This document shows positions 47,416 to 55,303 of a DNA stretch of 64,000 bases, piece by piece (within the stretch, counting starts at the first letter, position 1; every line of letters begins with the position of its first letter). This DNA is from Candidatus Gottesmanbacteria bacterium (GTDB taxonomy: Bacteria; Patescibacteriota; Microgenomatia; UBA10105; UBA927). The notes beneath the pieces were generated by a model that was given only the letters and a program-made list of their open reading frames with translations, made no database searches and had not been told where the DNA came from. The stretch spans positions 1,148,860-1,212,859 of the forward strand of contig CAWBPL010000002.1 of the NCBI GenBank assembly GCA_963790805.1, given 5' to 3'. The position numbers and the translations under genes were made by a program.

Positions 47416-48048
47416 TTACGGTTGTTCCGTCCCGAAATAACGATCTCCAAAATCTCCGAGGCCAGGCACGATATACGCCCTCTCATTGAGATGATCATCA
47501 ACCGCACCGGTAAAGATGGGCACTTCAGGATGATGGTCGAAAAGCCGTTTTACGCCTTCCGGCGCTGATACAATACTGACGCCGACAATCCGCTTTGCGC
47601 CTTTTTCTTTAACCGCCGTAATCGTGTCATCCATTGATCCACCTGTCGCCAACATAGGATCTATGACAAAAACAATATGTGTGGCAAATATCTTTGGAAT
47701 CTTCAGGTAATACTCACGGGCTATGGCTGTCTCTTCGTCCCGTTCAAGACCGATAAACCCGACCGACATTGAGGGCAGTAAATCTTGGATTGCTGTAAGC
47801 ATCGCAAGTCCTGCGCGAAGCACGGGAACAACAATAACGTCATCCTTAAGCTCGCTCCCCGCAAACGCAGAAAGGGGAGTCACAATCTTTTTCTCTTTGA
47901 CGTTTAACTTCTTTATCGCCTCAAGAAGAAGAATCTTTGACACCACATCCGCATGCCTTCGAAATTCTTCCGGCTTCGTATTTTTATCACGAAGAATGGT
48001 GAGTGAGTGATCAATCAAAGGATGCGAAACGACCGTAACGTTTTTCAT
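47416..48048 (-). CDS. upp: Uracil phosphoribosyltransferase
   Basis: VPVLRAGL...VIDPMLATGGS...YIVPGLGDFGDRYFGT. ATGA overlap with the upstream pyrE stop. Confidence 0.95.
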   Translation of the reverse strand: MKNVTVVSHPLIDHSLTILRDKNTKPEEFRRHADVVSKILLLEAIKKLNVKEKKIVTPLSAFAGSELKDDVIVVPVLRAGLAMLTAIQDLLPSMSVGFIGLERDEETAIAREYYLKIPKIFATHIVFVIDPMLATGGSMDDTITAVKEKGAKRIVGVSIVSAPEGVKRLFDHHPEVPIFTGAVDDHLNERAYIVPGLGDFGDRYFGTEQP

Positions 48049-48737
48049 AGAAACTCCCTCCTTTTTAATTCCCACGACAGTGGATCATTAAACCACATGT
48101 CTACCGATTGTTTTTGCTCCTTCGTAATTTGACCGTGTCTGAACGCGCTTTCCGCAATGAGTCTTCCGGACGTAAGTGATAATAATGTAATCTGATGTTT
48201 TTTTAATAACTTACGGGATTGTTCTGTCTGATATGTGCTTGCGCAAATGCAATACTGTACAACCCCACCTTGTTCCCGAATGGTTTCTGCATTATCAACA
48301 GCGCTTGTCGCCGTTGAGATATGGTCTTCTATGATAATAACCCTACTTCCTTTTTTTAGATATCCCTCCATCTTATTTCCTTTTCCGTATGACTTTTTTC
48401 CTTGTCCCGCAAGCTTAGTAGTCGGTCGAACGAACACCAGCGGTAATTTTAGACGATCTGCCACCCAAGCACCCATAGGAATTGCCGTCGTGGCCGTTGC
48501 AGAAATCCAATCGACATTGGTAAGCCAGATTTTTTTTCTTATCGTCTCAATGTAATAATCAATAAACTGATTTCTGACAGAAACATACGACATTACCAGA
48601 CGATTATCAATGTATACCGGACTTTTCAATCCTGATGTGTAGGTATAGGGCGGATTAAACCGGAAGCTGAATGCCCGAATCTGTAAGAGCAGCTGAGCTG
48701 CGTGATCTGCAATTACTTTGTCATATATTTCACTCAT
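48045..48737 (-). CDS. pyrE: Orotate phosphoribosyltransferase
   Basis: FRFNPPYTYTSGLKSPVYIDNR and PRT loop VIIIEDHISTATS. Confidence 0.75.
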   Translation of the reverse strand: MSEIYDKVIADHAAQLLLQIRAFSFRFNPPYTYTSGLKSPVYIDNRLVMSYVSVRNQFIDYYIETIRKKIWLTNVDWISATATTAIPMGAWVADRLKLPLVFVRPTTKLAGQGKKSYGKGNKMEGYLKKGSRVIIIEDHISTATSAVDNAETIREQGGVVQYCICASTYQTEQSRKLLKKHQITLLSLTSGRLIAESAFRHGQITKEQKQSVDMWFNDPLSWELKRREFL

Positions 48738-48758
48738 ATGTATTTTACGTTTTTTTGA

Positions 48759-49775
48759 TTAGGGCCGCCGCTGATCTGGCGTCGGGAAAACAGGCCGTAC
48801 CCAGATATAGTCATCAACATGCTTAAGCCATAAAAATGAAGAATGATCCTTAAAATTTTGGGTGTGTAGATTGAGCTTCTCCGCTGCATATCTCAAAATA
48901 GCTTGCCCAAGTTGTTTTTGTATTGGTTCCGGAATTTTATTCCAATCAGTACGGAATACGAAAGAAAGCAAAGCTTTTCCTTCGTCAGTCGGATCAAATC
49001 TCGTCTTTGTACCGCCTTCATCGAGCATAAATTCGTCAGATAACAAACTACGAACGTCAAGCGCCGAATCATAACTCGTGTCTTCGACAAAAGGCGGATC
49101 CAAGCGCTTAAGAGCTCTCATAACGTCATAACTTGACGTTTCCGTCTGACCGTTATGTAACAAGTCATTATAGAGCTGTCTCAATCGCCAAATTTCACTC
49201 CTCTCGCTTTGCAGTACGATAACTGCCGCGCCATTTCGTTTCTCAAGGCCGCTAATAATTTTTTGCAACGGGTCATTCGGGTTATTTCCCTCTTTCCATC
49301 CTGTTAAGTAATAAAACATATGAGAAGCGATGATCAGGTCCGAATGTGGCATATGATAATTTGTATCTTCAACCGTATGTATATCGAAATCTATATCCAG
49401 TTTGCTGAACGGGACCAATTTTCTCTTTTTTACCTCCGCAAAAAAGAGATTTCTCATTTCGGTAGAAGGATCTTCGCAATGAATATGAATGTCTTTATAT
49501 GTATCTGGCCTTCTGAATATTAATGCATGCTGCAGAAAGTTAAGCTCCATTTCGCCGTTTCCAACGCCCAATAACGTTATATGCACTTCATCATCTCCTA
49601 CCAAACGGTCAAAAATGTCATGTTGTTCATTTCGCAATTGAAAATCTATAGTCCATTCCTCGCTATGTTTCTGATTGGTCATGTGCTGAAATACGTCCCA
49701 TCGATGAAGCTGTGTTCTGAAAGCCGCCAAAAGGCCAGTGCCATCCGATCCCTGAGGTTCGACGTTAACATTCAT
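48759..49775 (-). CDS. Hypothetical protein with class I methyltransferase-like motifs
   Basis: ITLLGVGNGEME (motif I-like), HIHCEDPS and DLIIASHMFYYL. Start moved to the Met at 49775, which abuts the upstream stop. Confidence 0.45.
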   Translation of the reverse strand: MNVNVEPQGSDGTGLLAAFRTQLHRWDVFQHMTNQKHSEEWTIDFQLRNEQHDIFDRLVGDDEVHITLLGVGNGEMELNFLQHALIFRRPDTYKDIHIHCEDPSTEMRNLFFAEVKKRKLVPFSKLDIDFDIHTVEDTNYHMPHSDLIIASHMFYYLTGWKEGNNPNDPLQKIISGLEKRNGAAVIVLQSERSEIWRLRQLYNDLLHNGQTETSSYDVMRALKRLDPPFVEDTSYDSALDVRSLLSDEFMLDEGGTKTRFDPTDEGKALLSFVFRTDWNKIPEPIQKQLGQAILRYAAEKLNLHTQNFKDHSSFLWLKHVDDYIWVRPVFPTPDQRRP

Positions 49776-50428
49776 ACGCCCTTTTGTTTCTGTTTTTCCT
49801 CTAAATATTGTTTGCCATACCCAACCATCGTATCGATCGGGATGCCCTCTTTGCACATCGGACAAAGCTCCTCATCGTAGGCGGGAAAATTAAACGTCGC
49901 TAAGGAATAAAACGGAACCTCTAACATTTCTGACGTTACATTGATCTGATCACGGTTAACCATAGAACAAGCTGCCACGATCCTTCCTCCAGCCTCTTTA
50001 ACGCATTCAATAACTTTTTTAATGGAGCCACCGGTCGTTGTAATATCCTCAACAATCAAAATTCTTTTTCCTCGGACAAACTTTTCATATCCGCGCTTGA
50101 GTATCTGCTTTAACTCAGGCGTTTTATCCGTATACACTCCGTAAATCTCTTTACCTTTCATCTTTGACAGATGAAATGCAGTCCATTGGGATAAAACTAT
50201 GCCGCCTAATGCGGGGCCAACAACAACATCAATTCTTTCATCTTTGAATTTTTCTGCAAATAGGCGACCGATTTTAAAGGACTCCTGCGTATGCGGATAC
50301 AGAGCGTCTTTATTGATGTAAACGCTCCCATGCTTTCGTGATGTATACACCAGATGCTTATCTGTAATAAACGCGCCCACTTTTTTTAAAATACGTATAA
50401 CTTCATCCTGCACTTCTTTATCATCCAT
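49772..50428 (-). CDS. Type I phosphoribosyltransferase (PyrE-like paralog) with a C-terminal CPMC motif
   Basis: VVGPALGGIVLS, ILIVEDITTTGGS, C-terminal ELCPMCKEGIPID. Confidence 0.75.
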   Translation of the reverse strand: MDDKEVQDEVIRILKKVGAFITDKHLVYTSRKHGSVYINKDALYPHTQESFKIGRLFAEKFKDERIDVVVGPALGGIVLSQWTAFHLSKMKGKEIYGVYTDKTPELKQILKRGYEKFVRGKRILIVEDITTTGGSIKKVIECVKEAGGRIVAACSMVNRDQINVTSEMLEVPFYSLATFNFPAYDEELCPMCKEGIPIDTMVGYGKQYLEEKQKQKGV

Positions 50429-50438
50429 AGAACCTCCT

Positions 50439-51263
50439 TTATGCATTTCTATATCTATTAATTTCTTCTTTTAGTTTTATCGCTTCCGCGCGGGCTTTCT
50501 GGGCAAAATCGGCGCCACTTGATGCAAAAATGACGCTTCGGCCGACGTTAATAATAGCTCCTGTTCCTTTGGAGTCAATTCCAGCTTTTGTCGTTTTTTG
50601 CACATCGCCGCCTTGCGCACCAATTCCTGGAATGAGGATAGGCATATCGCCAACCAGACGTCGTACAATTGCCAACTCTTCGGGGTAGGTTGCTCCGACT
50701 ATTAATCCACAATTCATGTTGTAATTCCAGCTTTTTGCAACATTTTTTGCAACTACCTGATAGAGAGGTTTACCGTTTATCATTAAATCCTGAAACTCAC
50801 CTGCTCCGGGATTTGACGTTCTGCATAATATCAAAATTCCCTTCTCTTTCTGATCCAGAAATGGTTTCAATGCCTCACCCCCTAAATAAGGTTGAAGCGT
50901 CACTGCGTCTGCTCCTAAATAGTCAAAAATGAATTTTGCGTACCCGATGTTTGTGTTACCGATATCCGCGCGTTTAGCATCAACGATAATAACGGCCGCG
51001 GCATAATGTTCCTTCAGATAATCACACGTCGTTTTCATTTCTTTAACGCCATCTGCTCCCTGTGCTTCATAAAAAGCCGTATTGAGCTTATATGCACAGA
51101 CTAAATCCTGCGTTGCATAAATTATGGCTTTGTTAAACGTCGATTGCGGATGTGGGCCAACTCGTATCTTCTCAGGGATTTTATCAATGCCGCAGTCAAG
51201 TCCCACGCAGAGCAGTGAATTGTTTTTTGCTACGATCGCATCCAATTTTTGGCGAAAGGTCAT
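50439..51263 (-). CDS. pyrF: Orotidine-5'-phosphate decarboxylase (type 2)
   Basis: LCVGLD...IIVDAKRADIGNT...PGIGAQGG. Confidence 0.9.
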   Translation of the reverse strand: MTFRQKLDAIVAKNNSLLCVGLDCGIDKIPEKIRVGPHPQSTFNKAIIYATQDLVCAYKLNTAFYEAQGADGVKEMKTTCDYLKEHYAAAVIIVDAKRADIGNTNIGYAKFIFDYLGADAVTLQPYLGGEALKPFLDQKEKGILILCRTSNPGAGEFQDLMINGKPLYQVVAKNVAKSWNYNMNCGLIVGATYPEELAIVRRLVGDMPILIPGIGAQGGDVQKTTKAGIDSKGTGAIINVGRSVIFASSGADFAQKARAEAIKLKEEINRYRNA

Positions 51264-51841
51264 CGTTTCCTCCTTTTAATTTCGGTCAAAACGCGCTCAA
51301 CAAGTATTTCCGGAGAATTCTCAAAAAAGACAACGGCTTTATTAGGTTTTTGAATCTTTACATGAAGTTCGCGCAACCCGTCAGCTACGCCGCCCGTTCC
51401 GGTTAATACACCAATTACTTTTTCCATGTCATACAGATTTGTGAACTCATTCATAGTCCCCCATCTGCCTGACACGACAATTCCACCGTCGCAACTGGCC
51501 GTCGACATGACATTGCGATATTTTTTTCTGGCCATTTTATCGCCTGCTAACTCAAAACTTTTTGGAACGTAAATCAGTTTTGCATATATCGCTAAATCCA
51601 TATTGGGGTAAGCTTTCTCATGCTCCGCTTTCGATAGCTCGGGAGAAAATCCCCAAATCTCAATTGGTTCTACCAAACTCGCAGCTTGAGCCACTTCATA
51701 CGGCACGCCTGCACATGCGCCGGTTATAAGAATTACCGATTCCCGATACTTCCCAAGTTCGACGCCAAGGCTTTTAGCTATGTTTGTTGCCTTAGGAGAT
51801 TCATTAACCGCGGAACCAAAAACACCGATTTTGAATTTCAT
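51260..51841 (-). CDS. LOG / TIGR00725-family Rossmann protein (putative nucleotide phosphoribohydrolase)
   Basis: IGVFGSA...ITGACAGVPYE...SGRWGTMNE (compare PGGxGTxxE). ATGA overlap with pyrF. Confidence 0.65.
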   Translation of the reverse strand: MKFKIGVFGSAVNESPKATNIAKSLGVELGKYRESVILITGACAGVPYEVAQAASLVEPIEIWGFSPELSKAEHEKAYPNMDLAIYAKLIYVPKSFELAGDKMARKKYRNVMSTASCDGGIVVSGRWGTMNEFTNLYDMEKVIGVLTGTGGVADGLRELHVKIQKPNKAVVFFENSPEILVERVLTEIKRRKR

Positions 51842-51976
51842 TTTTATCGTATACCTTTCTAAAAAATCACGAGATCGACTTTTTTATTGCTCCATCTATA
51901 TTTTGTCGAAAATTCATAGTTTTATCGCTTCCTCTGGCGCTAAAACCTTAAGAGTGCTAACTTTCCGACAAGCGTA

Positions 51977-53287
51977 TTATCTGACCGCTTTGTCAAATTC
52001 CGATTCGCTCATCAATTTTTTGCCAACAACAATCTCTCGGATTGGTTTGTCAGCTTTTATCGACTCTTTTACGGCATCACTGACAACATCATAACCCAAA
52101 ATCGGTGTAAGTAAAGTAGCATACGCTGTCGAGCGTTCTAAAAGCTCACGGCATCGCTTTTCATTGGCTTTTATCGTACCCACGCACCGTTTTGAAAATT
52201 GAACCAACACTTCGCGCGTAAGTTTGAGGGAACTGATAAGAAAATCAGCGAGCACCGGAAACATATTCGCCAACTCCAGAAACGATGCATGGGCTGCATG
52301 CTCGACTGTAAGGTTGTTACCGGAAACCGTAAAATATAATTGATTCACAGCTTCAGGCAATATGGGATTCACCTTACCCGGCATGATGGACGACCCCGGC
52401 TGAAGCGGTTCAAGTTGTATTTCACCAAGCCCTCCTGCCGGACCGCTTGCCATCAGACGAAGGTCATCGGCAATTTTTGATGCGTCAAGCGTAAGGGCGA
52501 CCAGCGTTTGAGAAAGGCTTACAAAATCCGTCTGACTGCTTGTTTGAGACATGAGATTATTTGCGGGTCTCAGTGCAAACCCCGTTATCGCACATAGCTC
52601 GATATATACGGCTTTTCTATATGCTTCTTTAGCATTAATTGCGTTACCAACTGCCGTTCCGCCGAGATTGAGTTCCAAACATAATGTTAAAGACTGAGCC
52701 ACTTTCTTCACGTCCCGCTCTAGCGAAGCGGCATATGCGGCAAATTCTTCACCCAATGTGATAGGTACGGCGTCTTGCCAATGCGTCCGGCCCAACTTGC
52801 GCACAGTAGCAAACTCTTTTGCTTTCGCATTAAAAATGCGAACACATTCAGTCATATCTTTCAACAGCGCTTTCCCCAAGCGAAGACAAACGATTTTAAG
52901 AGCCGACGGGTTCACGTCATTTGTTGACTGAGCCATATTCACATGATCATTGGGGTGCACAATAATCTTTTTCCCCTGTGCTGCAAGCAACTCCGTAGCG
53001 CGTGCAGCCAATACTTCGTTCACGTTCATATTAATAGACGTCCCTGCTCCTCCTTGAAGCGACGGGAGAACAAGCTGGTCATCAAACATACCGGACAGAA
53101 GCTCGTCAGCTGCTTTGTCAATCGCGTCCGCAATATCGTTTGGCAAATCACCTATTTTGCCGTTAGCACGTGCTGCTGCTTTTTTAATCTGTGCGATGGC
53201 GTAAAACAATTCTTTGTGCACAGGAGAAGCCGAAAATGGAAAATTTTCGCGCGCCAATAGTGTTTGCTTACCGATGTATTGTTTCAT
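51977..53287 (-). CDS. aspA: Aspartate ammonia-lyase (aspartase)-like class II fumarate-lyase
   Basis: GSSIMPGKVNP signature. QGGAGTSINMNVNEV is the aspartase-type motif rather than the GSGTQ of fumarase. Confidence 0.75.
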   Translation of the reverse strand: MKQYIGKQTLLARENFPFSASPVHKELFYAIAQIKKAAARANGKIGDLPNDIADAIDKAADELLSGMFDDQLVLPSLQGGAGTSINMNVNEVLAARATELLAAQGKKIIVHPNDHVNMAQSTNDVNPSALKIVCLRLGKALLKDMTECVRIFNAKAKEFATVRKLGRTHWQDAVPITLGEEFAAYAASLERDVKKVAQSLTLCLELNLGGTAVGNAINAKEAYRKAVYIELCAITGFALRPANNLMSQTSSQTDFVSLSQTLVALTLDASKIADDLRLMASGPAGGLGEIQLEPLQPGSSIMPGKVNPILPEAVNQLYFTVSGNNLTVEHAAHASFLELANMFPVLADFLISSLKLTREVLVQFSKRCVGTIKANEKRCRELLERSTAYATLLTPILGYDVVSDAVKESIKADKPIREIVVGKKLMSESEFDKAVR

Positions 53288-54639
53288 GAGACTCCTTTCT
53301 TAAGCCATTTACCCATATGATTGCCAACGATAGAACCATGTTCATACACAAGCTCCCCCCGCAAAAATGTTGCATGAGGGCGTCCGATAAGCTTCATCCC
53401 TTCATAGGCTGACCATTGAAGTTTTGTCAATAAATCTTTTTTTTGCACCACCCATTCATGATCAACGTCAAGGATAACGAAATCAGCGTCGTTACCGGAA
53501 ACGATGCCGGATTTTTGCGGAAAACCGAAAAATTGAGCAACGTTTCCGGCAGCACACCGCGCAAGAGTCACAAGACTTTTTTCAATGGTCTTTTTTCCGA
53601 ATCTCTTTACCCAACCGGTTATAAAAGCGGGAACCGTCTCCTGCAATCCGGGTGTTCCACTCGTAACTTTCCATATATCACCTTGTTTTTCCTCAAGCGT
53701 ATGCGGCGTATGTTCGGAACAGATACCATCTACTTTACCATCATAAACCATTTCCCAAAGTTCTTTGTTCACCGCGGGGGTACGCAACGCTGGGCTGACT
53801 TTTATGAGCGTCCCCAATTTCTTGTAATCCTCCGTAGTGAAAAACAACTGATATCCTGTTACTTCCCCTCCTGCTTTTATACCATGCTTTCGTGCATAAG
53901 AAATTGCATCAAATTCCCCCCTCGTACTGGCGTGAAGAATCCATACCGACGTGCCATAATATTTGGCCAAAATAACAGCTTCCCATGCAGCCATCTCAAC
54001 AACCAGCTCATTGCGCGCTTCAGAATAGGCTAACATATCGTTTCTGCCTGTCGCCTCAAACATTTTCTCACGACTGGTAACGAGATCCTGATTTTCCGCA
54101 TGAACCATAAGGGGTATATGGCGTCTTGATACAATCTCCCAGATTTTTGCCTGATCAGAAAGCTTGGGAATTGTCGTGGGGGTGGTTTGATGCCCTGCTG
54201 TAAAAACTTTCACCGCAGCTATCTCGGTCGGGTCAATTTTTTCCAGTTGGGGAATATCGTCAACAGAAGTGCCCATGTTTATGGCAAAATCACAGTATGA
54301 TTTTGCTGTATACCGGTTGATTTGTTCGTGGACTAAATCAACTGTGGTAATGGGAGGCTTTGTATTAGGCATATCGAAAATCGTCGTAAATCCTCCAGCA
54401 AGACCAGCTCTGGTTCCGTGTTCAATGTCCTCTTTATATTCCATGCCGGGTTCTCGTAAATGTCCATGAGTTTCGATAAGACCGGGAAGCACGTACGAGT
54501 CACCCGCGTCATAAACGTTATCACCGCTTATAATTTTATTGGTAACTTCTCCAATGGTCCCATCTTTTTTAATCGTTACCGAACCGCGCCGTATGCCGGT
54601 CGGAGTTATAAATCTTCCATTGCGTATAGCTTTATACAT
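53284..54639 (-). CDS. pyrC: Dihydroorotase (type I, amidohydrolase)
   Basis: ETHGHLREPG (HxH), AAVKVF (carbamylated Lys), VHAE, HAST. The usual ATDHAPH motif reads CSEHTPH here. Confidence 0.85.
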   Translation of the reverse strand: MYKAIRNGRFITPTGIRRGSVTIKKDGTIGEVTNKIISGDNVYDAGDSYVLPGLIETHGHLREPGMEYKEDIEHGTRAGLAGGFTTIFDMPNTKPPITTVDLVHEQINRYTAKSYCDFAINMGTSVDDIPQLEKIDPTEIAAVKVFTAGHQTTPTTIPKLSDQAKIWEIVSRRHIPLMVHAENQDLVTSREKMFEATGRNDMLAYSEARNELVVEMAAWEAVILAKYYGTSVWILHASTRGEFDAISYARKHGIKAGGEVTGYQLFFTTEDYKKLGTLIKVSPALRTPAVNKELWEMVYDGKVDGICSEHTPHTLEEKQGDIWKVTSGTPGLQETVPAFITGWVKRFGKKTIEKSLVTLARCAAGNVAQFFGFPQKSGIVSGNDADFVILDVDHEWVVQKKDLLTKLQWSAYEGMKLIGRPHATFLRGELVYEHGSIVGNHMGKWLKKGVS

Positions 54640-54640
54640 A

Positions 54641-55303
54641 TTATTTCTTCACAATTTCAAGTGCTTGATCAATCGGAACGCCTCGCGGGCAAAGAGCTGC
54701 GAGATGTTTTACTTCATCTCCCCCATACGATAACGAGCCAGCGCTCGAAGCAAGAATCTTGCGCTCTACCCCATCCCGAGGATCAGTCATAAAACGAGCG
54801 ATTTTGACAAGTGCCATGGGATCAAGCATCCCCTGAGGATCCTTAGCAACTGATGGCGACCCTGCTATACAGCAGCCGCACTCTATACATTTCCGGAAAG
54901 GCTTTGATGTATCAGCATCATGCTTTGTAAGCATTACGGCATGAATTTTATCCAAATACGGACGAATCTTTTTATACCGTTCCAATACAGGCATTATATT
55001 AACGATGAGGTCTTTTTCAACAGGAAAATTTGCAAGCGGCTCAATGACCTGTTTATCGAGAGATGGATCAACCGGAGTGGAACAGGACAGCACAGGTTTT
55101 CCGTTATACGTTAAACCGCACGTTCCGCAAATTCCCTGACGGCATTCATACCGGAATGCAAGCGTCGGATCAAGTTTTTGCTGCACGAGCAAAACTACAT
55201 CCAACAATGTCATACCTTTATTATATTCAAGATTGTATGTATCAAAATGAGGTCTCTCTCGTACAACCGAATCGTATCGATAGATAGAAAATGTTAATTT
55301 CAT
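54641..55303 (-). CDS. Succinate dehydrogenase/fumarate reductase-like Fe-S subunit (2Fe-2S plus 4Fe-4S, 3Fe-4S ligands absent)
   Basis: CRQGICGTCGLTYNGKPVLSC (C-x4-C-x2-C-x11-C). CIECGCCIAGSP has Ser where the 3Fe-4S Cys sits. The second motif is reduced to ...HLAALCPRG. Confidence 0.8.
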   Translation of the reverse strand: MKLTFSIYRYDSVVRERPHFDTYNLEYNKGMTLLDVVLLVQQKLDPTLAFRYECRQGICGTCGLTYNGKPVLSCSTPVDPSLDKQVIEPLANFPVEKDLIVNIMPVLERYKKIRPYLDKIHAVMLTKHDADTSKPFRKCIECGCCIAGSPSVAKDPQGMLDPMALVKIARFMTDPRDGVERKILASSAGSLSYGGDEVKHLAALCPRGVPIDQALEIVKK

